Below are positions 1 through 9,285 of a stretch of DNA of 64,000 bases, one piece after another; the stretch's first letter is position 1, and each line of letters starts with the position of its first letter. The notes below the pieces were generated by a model. That model ran no database searches and was not told where the DNA came from. It saw only the letters and a program-made list of their open reading frames with translations. A program made the translations under genes and the position numbers. Source of the stretch: Phyllobates terribilis (taxonomy: Eukaryota); NCBI RefSeq assembly GCF_046119375.1, contig NW_027362776.1:6758001-6822000 (forward strand), in the 5' to 3' direction.

Positions 1-186
1 AGATGAGCGCCTCGCGCCGCTCATCTCCCGGCTGCATCTCCGTCCCGCAGATGGGTCCGGCGGTCGGGGTCCTTCTGCCGGTACCGGCCACTGAGCTCCG
101 TCCCGCAGATGAGCCGCTAACGGCCGCCATTTTTTTTCTGAAATCCCGCGGCGCTGATTGGCCGCTGGCGGACCAATGAGCGACGC
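1..186. promoter_or_regulatory. CpG-rich promoter-like segment (possibly the 5' region of an upstream DIRS element)
   Basis: GC/CpG-rich. YY1-type CCGCCATTTT at 124-133; ATTGG 157-161 and CCAAT 173-177 (opposite-strand CCAAT boxes); 16-nt direct repeat CTCCGTCCCGCAGATG at 38-53 and 96-111. Truncated by the N gap, so function is inferred only. Confidence 0.3.
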
Positions 187-336
187 NNNNNNNNNNNNNN
201 NNNNNNNNNNNNNNNNNNNNNNNNNNNNNNNNNNNNNNNNNNNNNNNNNNNNNNNNNNNNNNNNNNNNNNNNNNNNNNNNNNNNNNNNNNNNNNNNNNNN
301 NNNNNNNNNNNNNNNNNNNNNNNNNNNNNNNNNNNN
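187..336. other. Assembly gap (150 N)
   Basis: Run of N; the true length is unknown. Confidence 0.97.
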
Positions 337-540
337 TTATATAGTAGATGTTGAGGTGGCGGTTATGTATTAACCGGTTTTCGGAGGCCCTCTCATGCTC
401 TAAAACAAAAACTGATGCGGAAGAGAGGTACCGCCTTTTTATTCAGTAGGTTCCTGTCCTTGGTGGGCGGATACCCTCTCTCAGGTGGTGCTGTCATGGG
501 CTCTGTAAAATCCCGTTACCGGTAAGTAACTAGGATCTTT
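337..540 (+). mobile_element. Right terminus of a second, divergent DIRS-family element
   Basis: Same ordered motifs as the right end at 5517-5612: TTCCTGTCC(T/C)TGG 451-463, TGGTGCTGTCA 486-496, TTACCGGTAAGT 516-527, then a T run. The intervening sequence differs. Confidence 0.6.
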
Positions 541-643
541 TTCCAGGACGTGCCCCTGACAGCTCCATGGGGGACGTCCTCCTAATCCTTCCAGGGACAG
601 GAAACATGAGAGGTTAAAAGCCCCCCATCCTCCTGTGCTTTTC
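540..643 (+). repeat. DIRS left inverted terminal repeat
   Basis: TTTCCAGGA...CCTGACAGC.CCATGG.GGACGTCCTCCTAA.CCTTCCAGGGACAGGAAACA..AGAGGTTAAAAGCCCCC is the reverse complement of 5462-5580, with about 11 mismatches over the first ~86 nt. Confidence 0.9.
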
Positions 644-891
644 CTGTCCGTGGGAGGATAGGAACAGGAGAGGAGCAAAGGGTCTGTGGACCCGAAGATC
701 TTACCGGATGGCGGACCCAGGGGGATCGGGTGGCCTAGCTTCTCCTTCCCCCTGAGAAGATGTCCGTAGCTGACTGGCCCCCTCAGCCGGGCCAGTGTAT
801 CGCTGCTCCTGGCCTCGGAGCCGCTTCCCTCTGGCGAGGGCTGATGGCTCCAGCGCAGCCCTCCTGAGCGCGATGCCTCCAGGACCCGATG

Positions 892-905
892 TGACGCACT
901 TCCGG
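892..905. promoter_or_regulatory. CRE half-site plus ETS motif in the DIRS CpG-rich leader
   Basis: TGACGCA 892-898 overlaps ACTTCCGG 898-905 within a CpG-rich stretch upstream of ORF1. Motif match only. Confidence 0.3.
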
Positions 906-1053
906 CGGGAGCGCGCGCTTTTTTTTCAAATTTAAAGGTGCAGTCGGCGTGCGTTTCAGGCTGGAACGCATGAAGCAGAGAAGACAACAGGACAGGTAGT
1001 ATAAAAAGGCTTGCCTGTGTTCTGTGTATCTGCTGTGCTGGTGACTGTTAAGG

Positions 1054-2228
1054 ATGGAGGACTCTGGTAAAACTGAGACCCCATCTGAGCCTTCCATGGT
1101 GCACGTGAGTAGGGATGGTCCTATGGAACAGGGTATTCTGGGGATACTGGCTATAGTTTTTCCCCCTTAAATAAATTATATATTCCTCCCTGTCCCTCTA
1201 TGTCTTATAGGACAGGGTTCCCACTAATCCACTAATGACAGTTAAGAAGGATAATAAAAAGGATACTGGGAAGCCTAAGAGATGTGTCATCTGTAACACT
1301 AAGTTGCCCCTAGCATGTGGAAAATACTTATGTGAGAGATGCACTTCCAGGATAGTTTGGGAGGAACAGCTGTCCATCCTGGCAGACATGAGGTGCAGGA
1401 TCAGGGAAGAGGTTCAAGCCTCCATTTCTGGCCTAGTTTCATCCCAGGCCCTGAGCAAAGAGGCCTAGGTGGGAGATGGAACTTAGTTCAGAGGATGAGC
1501 CACAATCCTACGTGTCTGAGGACGACGAGGAAGATGACACGGCTTCTAACCCGCCAGAAGAAAGAAAGAGATACCTGTTTTTGTCAGAGTATACGGACGA
1601 ACTCTTGAGGTCTGTCAGAAACACCATGCAGGTGGAAGAGACTCCTAAATCTCATTCCGTACAGCATGAGATGTTCGGAGGCCTCAGGTCACAGAGAAAC
1701 AGAGTTTTCCTGGTTAACAACCATATCTGGGCTATGATCCTGGAAGAGTGGGAAGACGCTGAAAAGAGACTAGTCGTCCCACGAGACTTTAGACTCCATC
1801 TACCATTTGACCCTGAGGACATTAAAACATGGGAGGAGATTCCCAAGATTGACGTCCCGGTAGCCAAGATAGCTAAAAAATCTTCAATCCCCTTTGAGAA
1901 CTCTTCTAGACTGATGACCCGATTGACAGGAAGGCGGATGGCCTTTTAAAAAGGACCTGGGAGACTTCAGCAGCTATCATTAAAACTAATATTGCGGCAA
2001 CATCTGTTGCCAGGTCTATGTACATTTGGGTCGACGATCTTGAAGAACAGTTGAGATCTAAGACTCCTAGGGATACTATCCTAAAATCACTTCCCTTACT
2101 GAGATTGGCGACAGGTTTCATGGCTGACACTTCAGCAGAATCCGTCAGATTTGCAGCCACAAATAGTGTGTTATCAAACACAACTAGACAGGCTATCTGG
2201 TTAAAGACATGGTCAGGGGATAGTCAGT
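1054..2228 (+). pseudogene. DIRS ORF1 (gag-like; N-terminal C2-C2 zinc-finger-like motif and LAP2alpha-like region), frameshifted
   Basis: RCVICNTKLP...LCERC; acidic linker SEDDEEDD; IDVPVAKIAKK, DPIDRKADGLLK, ARSMYIWV, GFMADTSAESVR, RQAIWLKTWSGD. Frame changes near 1470 and 1915. Start ATG 1054 assumes the intron at 1105-1210. Confidence 0.85.
1105..1210 (+). other. Putative 106-nt GT-AG intron in DIRS ORF1
   Basis: CAC|GTGAGT donor at 1105; pyrimidine tract TTCCTCCCTGTCCCTCTATGTCTTATAG| ending at 1210. Removing it joins AGGATGG (ATG 1054, A at -3, G at +4) in frame to the zinc-finger ORF; the unspliced frame hits TAA. Confidence 0.65.
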
Positions 2229-4080
2229 CAGGCGACTTAGTAAGCTCATCTCAGGCTGGCAGTCCATAACTCCAAATCAGTGGGTGTTAAATACTCTGAG
2301 TACAGGGTACAGGATAGAATTTTTCCAGTACCCACCCGAAAGGTTCATTTTAACCGAGTCCCAACCTACAGTAAAAATTTCCCCCCATGTGGTCAAAAGT
2401 TCAGAACTTTCTGCAAATAATTGCGGTTTCCCAAAACGAGCAGTTTCAGGGCCACTACTCGAGACTGTTTTCCATAAAAAAGCCATCAGGGGAAACGTGG
2501 ATAATTATAAACCTAAAACCATTAAATCTGTGGGTAACATACAAGTGTTTCAAGATGGAGTTGATCAAGTCGACAATCCCTCTAATAGACAAATACGCAG
2601 TAATGTGCACCTTGGATCTAAAAAAAGGCATACTATCATGTTCCCATTCATCAACAGTATCAAAAATATCTTAGTTTCGCTGTCAGGTACGGTGATCATG
2701 TTCACCACTTCCAGTTCTGTTGCCTACCCTTCGGCCTAGCCTCTGCCCCGCGGGTCTTTACCAAGTTAGTAGCAGAGATTGTATCTTACCTGAGGAAAAC
2801 AGGAGTCATCATGGTCCCTTACCTAGATAACTTTTTATTTGTGGCCGGTTCTCATTTAGAGCTACAGGAACACATACAATTTACAGTGTCCACCCTAAAA
2901 AATCTAGGTTGGTTGACAAATTGGGAAAAGTCGGACCTAGTCCCGGGAACCAGAAAGATCTTCTTAGAGGTCACTTTAGACTCCCGTCTAAGAACCTTGT
3001 TTCTACCAACGGTGAAACAAAAAGCGATAATAGACAAGGTATTTCAATTTTCAAGAAGTCGTTGCTCGATCAGGTCAGCAATGAAGATTCTCGGATTGAT
3101 GACAGCCTGCATTCCTTGTGGGAGGTGGAGTCATTTTCATTTAAGGGAACTGTAAAAAGCATTTTTATCTCGTTGAAACAAAAAGCAATTGTCCCTAGAC
3201 AAGTTAATGCCTCTGTCAGGGATAACAAAAGAGAGTCTGGGGTGGTGGACAGTCCCAGAAATTCTTCAGCTGGGGTTAGACTGGGTTCCCTCTCCAGTTG
3301 TAGTCATCACGACCGACGCAAGTCAGTCAGGTTGGGGTGGCCACATAGAGGAAAATATTTTCAAGGGGCTTGGTCTCTAGAGGTTCAGGCTATGTCATCA
3401 GACTACCGGGAACTTATCGCTGCGTGGGAAGTTCTTCGGCGTAATGGTTACCTGGTATGAAACAAACACATAAAGATACTGTCGGACAATACGACGATGG
3501 TATGTTTTTTGCGACATCAGGGAGGCCCGAGACACACAATACTTCAAAGTCTGGCATCGAAAATATTTGTCCGGTTAGAAAAGTTTGCCCTATCAATCTC
3601 GGCAGTCCACTTAAAATTGCTCACAATCAGCAGATTTGCTAAGCAGACCAGAAGTTCTACCTTCAGAATAGGAAATAAATGGGGAGGTTTTCCACACTTT
3701 GTGTCACTGATGGGGTGTCCCACAGATAGACCTGTTCGTAACGAGAAAAAATGGAAAGACCAAGAAATTTAACTCCCCAGGACAACCCAACGGGAATTGA
3801 TGCGTTATCCCAGGCATGGTCAGAAAGTCTCTATTACTCCTTCCCTCCCTTACTCTTGATTCCAAGGGTCCTAAGGAAAATACAGGAAGATCAGATAAAG
3901 ATAATTCTGATAGTCCCTTTCTGGCCAAGAAGGAGTTGGTTCCCCCCTTTGTCCAAGATGGCCCTGGATGATTCAATATTGCTTCCCTTAAGGAAAGATC
4001 TCCTTTTCCAGGGACCAGTCTTATATCAGAACTTGGGCTGATTACACCTCTTGGCTTGGATCCTGAGAGGCAGATTTTGA
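2229..4080 (+). pseudogene. DIRS ORF2: reverse transcriptase, RNase H and Dam-like methyltransferase domain, disrupted
   Basis: RRL...WQSITPNQWVL...GYRIEF; LDLK.AYYHVPI (frameshifted); LPFGLASAPRVFTK; YLDN in place of YLDD (~2820-2831). RNase H: TTDASQSGWG, RELIAA, ILSDN, HQGG. MT: PQIDLF, DALSQAW...YSFPPLLLIPRVLRKI...VPFWPRRSWF. Confidence 0.92.
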
Positions 4081-5260
4081 AATCCCAAGGCCTATCAGAT
4101 CAGGTCATAACTATGATACTGGCAAGTCGAAAACCAGTCACCTTAGCTATTTATAGGAAAATCTGTTTATAAAGTGGAAGCTCTGCAGTGGAACAACCCT
4201 CTAGCTTCACATCCATGGATAGCCAGGTTTGCAAAGGCAGTTCAGAGGCTAAGGCCTTGGGTAAAAAGATCTGTTCCACCGTGGGATCTTAATTTAGTGT
4301 TTAATGCCCTATGCAAGCAGCCATACAAGCCAGCCAAGGAAATAAATATCATTAGGCTTAGCCTTAAGACAGCCTTTCTAGTTGCTATCAACACTGCTAA
4401 GAGGGTGGGGGAACTACAGGCATTATTCATGGAAAATCCATATTTGCAGATTTATGACGATAGAATCATGCTGAGGTTAAAGCCAGGGTTTCTCCCTAAG
4501 GTAGTCTCTACAAAAAATATCAATCAAGACATTGTCCTGTCGTCATTTTGCCAATTCCCCAAAAAATCCGAAAGAACAGTTTTTCCATTCCTTAGATATG
4601 AGACAGTCGGTCATTAGTTACCTTGAGACCACTCGTGATTGGAGAATAGATCATAACTAGTGTTGAGCGAGTAAGTTCTATTAACCCTTTCGCCGAGTAT
4701 GCTCGGGCCCAGCTCCGAATATTTATAGCTACTCGGTGATAAGGTTAAATCGCTCCCGTGTGCATGATTTGCCACTGTTTGACAGTTTTATTACATGGGA
4801 GGAATGTACACATTCCTCACGTGTAATAAAGCTGTCAAACAGTTGCAAATCATGCACACGGGAGCGATTCAACCATATCACCGAGCAGCTATAAATATTC
4901 GGAGCTCGGCCCGAGCATACTCGAACAGAACATACTCGCTCAACACTAATCATAACATGTTCATCCAGTATGCTGGTAGGAAAAAGGGGAAAAAAAGCAT
5001 CTAAGAAGACCACCCCCAGGTGGATTAGATCCACGATAGGGCTCGCCTATTCAGCAGAGGGGAACAGTCCCCCGGAAGGGTTGAAAGCCCACTCTACTCG
5101 TTCAGTCTCAGAAAAAGGTGGGGCCTCTTTAGAACAAATATGCGCTGCAGCAACATGGGCAAGTCTGAGTACCTTTTCTAGGCACTATAAAATGGATGTC
5201 CTGGCAGGACAGGGAGTAGCTTTTGGCAGGAAGGTTCTCCATGTGGTAGTCCCACCCTAG
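4077..5260 (+). pseudogene. DIRS ORF3 tyrosine recombinase, disrupted and MITE-interrupted
   Basis: LKSQGLSDQVI..SRK; HPWIARF; VPPWDLNLV; AKRVGELQAL (catalytic R); HSTRS (HxxR); AATW; FSRHY (catalytic Y); ends HVVVPP* at 5260. Confidence 0.92.
4658..4948. mobile_element. hAT-type non-autonomous MITE (291 bp, almost fully palindromic)
   Basis: TIRs TAGTGTTGAGCGAGTA / TACTCGCTCAACACTA; perfect 8-bp TSD ATCATAAC (4650-4657 and 4949-4956); arms pair inward to GAGGAATGT-AC-ACATTCCTC. Excision restores YR codons WRIDHNMFIQYAG. Confidence 0.92.
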
Positions 5261-5277
5261 GGAAATACTTTGGTATT

Positions 5278-5364
5278 CTCCATGGTGCTGTCAGGGAGAC
5301 ATCCTCTAAAGCGGTAATTAGACTTACCGGTAATTGTGTTTCCAGGAGTCCATCCTGACAGCAC
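5278..5364 (+). repeat. DIRS internal complementary region (ICR)
   Basis: 5311-5364 is the reverse complement of the right end 5555-5608 (52/54). 5278-5310 is the reverse complement of the left tip 540-572 (26/33). The two parts join across AAA, matching the TTT circle junction. Confidence 0.92.
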
Positions 5365-5461
5365 AGTTAGTTTCTCTCCCTCCTTGAATGTCTATACATT
5401 GTGAAGTTACATGTGTATGTAGAGATTAATAAGTGTTGCATCCATCCAGTTGTGGTACTTA

Positions 5462-5612
5462 GAAAAAACACAGGATGGGAGGGGGGGGGGGGGGGGGGGC
5501 TTTTAACCTCTTGTGTTTCCTGTCCCTGGAAGGCTTAGGAGGACGTCCTCCATGGTGCTGTCAGGATGGTCTCCTGGAAACACAATTACCGGTAAGTCTA
5601 ATTACCACTTTT
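5462..5612 (-). repeat. DIRS right ITR plus right extension, ending in TTT
   Basis: Inverted copy of 540-643, followed by CACAATTACCGGTAAGTCTAATTACCAC-TTTT; contains a 19-G run at 5481-5499. Confidence 0.9.
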
Positions 5613-5828
5613 GTAGTAATCCGATGAGCCAGAAATCATGAGATATGCATATGAAAATTAGCCTGGAAATGCCACCACTTGCAGGCAAATTTACAAAGCT
5701 TAATTTGTCAACGGCGGCTCATCAGATTACGGTACTATAAAACATGAATCCTGTTTACTGTTGTACTAAAGCCTATTAAGCCTTACCACTAGTTTTATAT
5801 CAGTAAAATCGCCCTGGCAAGTTCCCCT
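5613..5828. mobile_element. Degenerate palindromic MITE remnant (T2/Kolobok-like right end)
   Basis: Inverted pair GTAATCCGATGAGCC 5616-5630 / GGCTCATCAGATTAC 5716-5730; the end TGGCAAGTTCCCCT resembles the T2 end at 6687-6699. Confidence 0.35.
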
Positions 5829-5894
5829 TATAGATCCCCTGTGATTAGGATTTCCATATAGAAGCCATTGCTTCCACTTTCTCTAGTCTTTTAA

Positions 5895-6281
5895 AGGGAA
5901 CCTGTCACCATGAAAAAGCAGTTTAATGTGCAGGCACCATGTTATAGAGCGAGGAGCTGGGCAGATTGATATATAGTTTTGTGAGAAAAGATTCAGTATA
6001 ACCTGTATTTCCATCATTGAATCCTCTGCTCTTTCTGGGATTTTTGGCACAGTGGGCTTTCCTATCCGTGACTGACAGCTATCTCTGCATGCACACCTAT
6101 ACAAATAAAGCTGTCAGTCACTGATAGGATCGCCCATCTTCCATAGGGAGGATTAAATGATTAAAAACCCAGGTTATTTTGAATCTTTCCCCCCTAAACT
6201 ATACATTAATCTGCTCATCTCCCCCTGCTATATGACATGGTGCTTGCAAATTGGACTTCTTTTTCATGGTGACGGTTCACT
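5895..6281. mobile_element. T2/Kolobok-type MITE
   Basis: TTAA|AGGGAACCTGTCACCATGAAAAAG ... CTTTTTCATGGTGAC-GGTTCACT|TCAA. Inverted arms extend more than 100 nt inward (GCACCATG..ATAG / CTATATGACATGGTGC; GATTCAGTATAACCTG / CAGGTTATTTTGAATC). Confidence 0.78.
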
Positions 6282-6679
6282 TCAATACATTTCTAACAAG
6301 CCTACTATTCTCTATAGGCACTGCCTTGTGGCTCACAAAAATCTTTAAAGTTTTCCAGCGCTGTACTGTAATATGCACTGTGATCTGCCTTGTATGAATG
6401 ATGCGGATAACATATTCTACTTCATCCACACAGGCGGCAAAGCATCAGCCTCTTTGATGGATGTGTGCATCAAACATAAATGGAGGGGCAGCATTACAAG
6501 GCAGAGAGGGGGCACTATGCATGATCTGGGATCGCCCATCAGACCGCTTGGTGCCCATTAGAACATTAGAATGTAGTGATGAACAACTTCAAAGATTTTT
6601 TTTCGAAGGTATTCAGGGCTGTCCGGGGAATATTGTGTGCTTGTTAGTAATGTATTGGGACTGTGGCCATTATAGGTAA

Positions 6680-6703
6680 AACCTAGTGGCAGGTTCCCTT
6701 TAA
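6680..6703. mobile_element. Isolated T2/Kolobok-type right terminus
   Basis: GTGGCAGGTTCCCT|TTAA matches the TIR of the 5895 element; no partner left end was recognised. Confidence 0.4.
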
Positions 6704-7449
6704 ACTTCAGTGGGTTTCTAAAAAGCTTACTCATAGTAGCTCTGTGTCATTACTGTAATTTGTAGATCCGCATAGGCATTGGGTGTTTGACCTGGGTCTA
6801 TCGTCCAGAATGCCGTCATCTGCAAGGCTAAATTCACACATCCCTGTGACACATCTTGGAGAGATCCTTTTTTTTTTCTTGAACAACACAGTGACCCATA
6901 GACTTTTATTGATCCATACACACATCAGTTTTAAAAACAGCTCAGTGTTTCCGGACCGTGAGACTCAGAGCATTTCCTATTCTCATCCATTTTGCAGATG
7001 AGACATGGCTATTAAAGCCTATGGGGATCCATGAGATGAAACTAGGAAAACATAATTGTACTTCAGCTTTTCTTCCTAGTTTCTAATGCAACTAGGGTGA
7101 AAAAAATCAGTAATTTTTTTGGGATGGTAACAGTCACACGTACTGTATGTGAATCTTGCCATAGAAGTAGGAAGTTGATGGAGTTGAAATGAATTCAGTC
7201 TGATAGTAAATATTCATTCGGTTCTTCCACTCTAATTAATGATGGTGTTCAAGCTGCCAGTGAAGACCCTTCACTCTGATTCACATTTTTGGAAGAAATG
7301 CTGTAAAGGGGGTAGATATGCTGCAGGGAGGATTGATGTTCTGCAAGCGCATGGTAGCAATAGACCTAAATAGAAATCTCTTTAGAGAGGTCATCTAGAG
7401 CTGGAGGGACTGTATACAGAGAAATCATTAACTGAGATTAATGGGATGC

Positions 7450-7455
7450 TATAAA
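7450..7455 (+). promoter_or_regulatory. Candidate TATA box for the UPP-like gene
   Basis: TATAAA ~50 nt upstream of the candidate ATG at 7506. Motif only; an acceptor-like TTTTTCCAG at 7482-7490 offers an alternative reading as an internal exon. Confidence 0.25.
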
Positions 7456-7505
7456 TTGCAGAGGACTTGGTAGATACCTGATTTTTCCAGTCACACACAA
7501 CTTGC

Positions 7506-7525
7506 ATGTCTTCACCCATAAGTAG
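7506..7525 (+). CDS. Candidate first coding exon of the uridine phosphorylase (MSSPIS-R)
   Basis: ATG TCT TCA CCC ATA AGT AG|GTGAGT: consensus donor, phase 2, which fits the 1-nt overhang of the exon at 12509 (AG+A = Arg). No homology support; weak Kozak context. Confidence 0.4.
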
Positions 7526-7836
7526 GTGAGTGGGTGAGTTCTTATGCCCATAGTAAAAAAGTAAAACAGTCTGAGAAATCCCCTTTAATCTTGCATGGAA
7601 ACAGCTAATTCACCTGCAAGACTGTGTGATCGATAGTAATGGCTGCACAGTCTTGCAAGTAAAACAGCTGTAATCCTGCAAGACTAAGCTATTGTGCTGG
7701 AACAGTGGAAAGACCAGAGCGGCACAGTGCTGCCGTGGTGTAAAATTGTGGCATGACTGCTGCATGTGAATGCAGCCTAAGAAACACAGGCAAGCCAAGA
7801 AACTTACAAGAAACAATTACAGCTTAATTGAGTCCT

Positions 7837-8089
7837 TAATATGAGATTGGTGGGGATTCGACATTCAGAACCTTCACCAATCGGCTCATTTCTGCTGCAT
7901 CTCCAGTGAAAGGAAGATAAACTGCAGTAATTGGCAGTAACCACAAAACTATGTACAGAGCTGCGTATTCTGACCCATACACTCTTTACATCTGGCCACT
8001 GCAGGAGCAAATATCAGCAGATCGGAGAGGGTGCTGGGTGTTGGACCCCTACCGATCTCATATTAAATAGGTCATCAATATGCAAGTCC
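7837..8089. mobile_element. Degenerate T2-type MITE remnant
   Basis: Inverted arms TAATATGAGATTGGTGGGG (7837) / CCCCTACCGATCTCATATTA (to 8065), followed by ATAGGTCATCAATATGCAAGTCC. Confidence 0.5.
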
Positions 8090-8484
8090 TTAAATGAGTC
8101 AAATATGTTCCAGGACACCATTGAGGGTTATTACATCAATTATAGATTCAAAATCAAACACAAGCTGTGTGTTTTACATTGTTCCATTTCTTTGTATAGC
8201 CACCTGGTTGCTGCGTCTCGGTGGTTGATCATGCTGCAAACTCTGGGGTGCTTCCCTACTACAATAGAATTAATGATTCTTTTAATGATCAGCCAACTAT
8301 CCTGCTGGAGTTAAGTGATTGAGGTCAGAGGGGTTATAACATGAAAAGCCTGGTTGGAAGCAATAAAAAAAAGCTTTGAAAATTATATTCCCTTGGTGGG
8401 TGAGGTGTCCATCCAGTAGAACTTTGGTCCACAAGTCGGAGATATAATGTGATAATTTCACAGGCATACAGACATTGAATAAAA

Positions 8485-9285
8485 TGTGACATGCAGAAGT
8501 ACTGCTGTTGCTTTAAAAGCATTCAGCAACTATTAGAAGTAACACAAGCACAGGAGACAGGAAGTGTTGTGCTCCAGAAACATCCAGCAACTAGAGGGGT
8601 TAACACAGTCACAGGAGAAGGGGAGCATTTTAGCAGAGCCCCAGGGGGATCGTGGGGAAGTTGTTTACTGTCTGGCTGGAGCTGAAGAGAAAGGTGGTGT
8701 GTGTGTTCTGTATCTCACAGAAGCGCCCCTGCAAGTGAAAAGGATTCAAGTCAGGAGTGAAGCTAAGCAGAGGTCAGGTAGAGTTTCTGAACTAACAGTG
8801 CAGAGTATTGTCAGGCAGAAAGATAAGGACTGGAAGAAATGGTGTCACAGGGGTCATCTCCCTCAGCAAACCCCCCCCCCCCCTCCATCTCACTGAGCTG
8901 TAAAAAATGCTGTGTTCATTAATGTGCCTTTGCATTACAACTGTGCTGTCCTGTACTACTGGGAAGACTGTGAACTGCTGTGCTGCTAAGGAAACTGTAC
9001 TGTTTGTTACTGGAGCCTGTTGCTCATAAGACTTAACTTGCACTGGCTGTGCGGCTTCTTATTAAATGCTACTGTTCTACTGTTTATGAGGACTCTTGTC
9101 AAGTGTGTCTGGTCAGCCAGTGAAACAACCTACGTGTCTGTGCCTGAGGGTCAATACCCCTGTGTGCCTGAGAGAAGCTGCAGCACATGGTCTGTGGTCA
9201 CCCTGAGTAACGGTTCCCCCAGGATTCCAAAGAATTCATGTAACCTGTCTCGCCTCTATCTGAACCTAGCGGTGTGCGTGTAACA
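8485..9285. mobile_element. Probable solo LTR (801 bp, Gypsy-like)
   Basis: TGTGACA...TGTAACA termini (TG...CA, 6/7 inverted match); flanked by AAAA on both sides (8481-8484 and 9286-9289; low-complexity, so a weak TSD); ATTAAA at 9061; no PBS or internal region adjoining. Confidence 0.6.

Larger units (their letters stand above)
540..5612 (+). mobile_element. DIRS1-like tyrosine-recombinase retrotransposon, near full length, decayed
   Basis: Inverted terminal repeats (540-643 and 5462-5580), ICR at 5278-5364, TTT termini, and ORF1 / RT-RNaseH-MT / YR remnants in canonical DIRS order with multiple frameshifts and stops. Confidence 0.95.

Noticed and set aside
158-373. 71-aa ORF
   Set aside because: Spans the N gap; artefact.
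481-1097. Antisense ORFs of 168 and 104 aa over the DIRS leader
   Set aside because: They overlap the ITR and GC-rich leader, have no recognisable domain, and are expected by chance in GC-rich sequence.
3718-4050. Functional link between the DIRS Dam-like methyltransferase domain and the GATC-dense array
   Set aside because: The MT-like domain is a standard part of DIRS1-like ORF2, this copy is dead, and nothing in the sequence ties it to GATC specificity; proximity looks coincidental.
6826-7160. Possible Harbinger-like MITE (GGCTAAATTCACAC ... ATGTGAATCTTGCC)
   Set aside because: Termini too degenerate and no clear TSD, so it was not called as a feature.
8564-9283. ORFs of 110 and 87 aa
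   Set aside because: They lie inside the probable solo LTR, with no gag/pol motifs or splice support.
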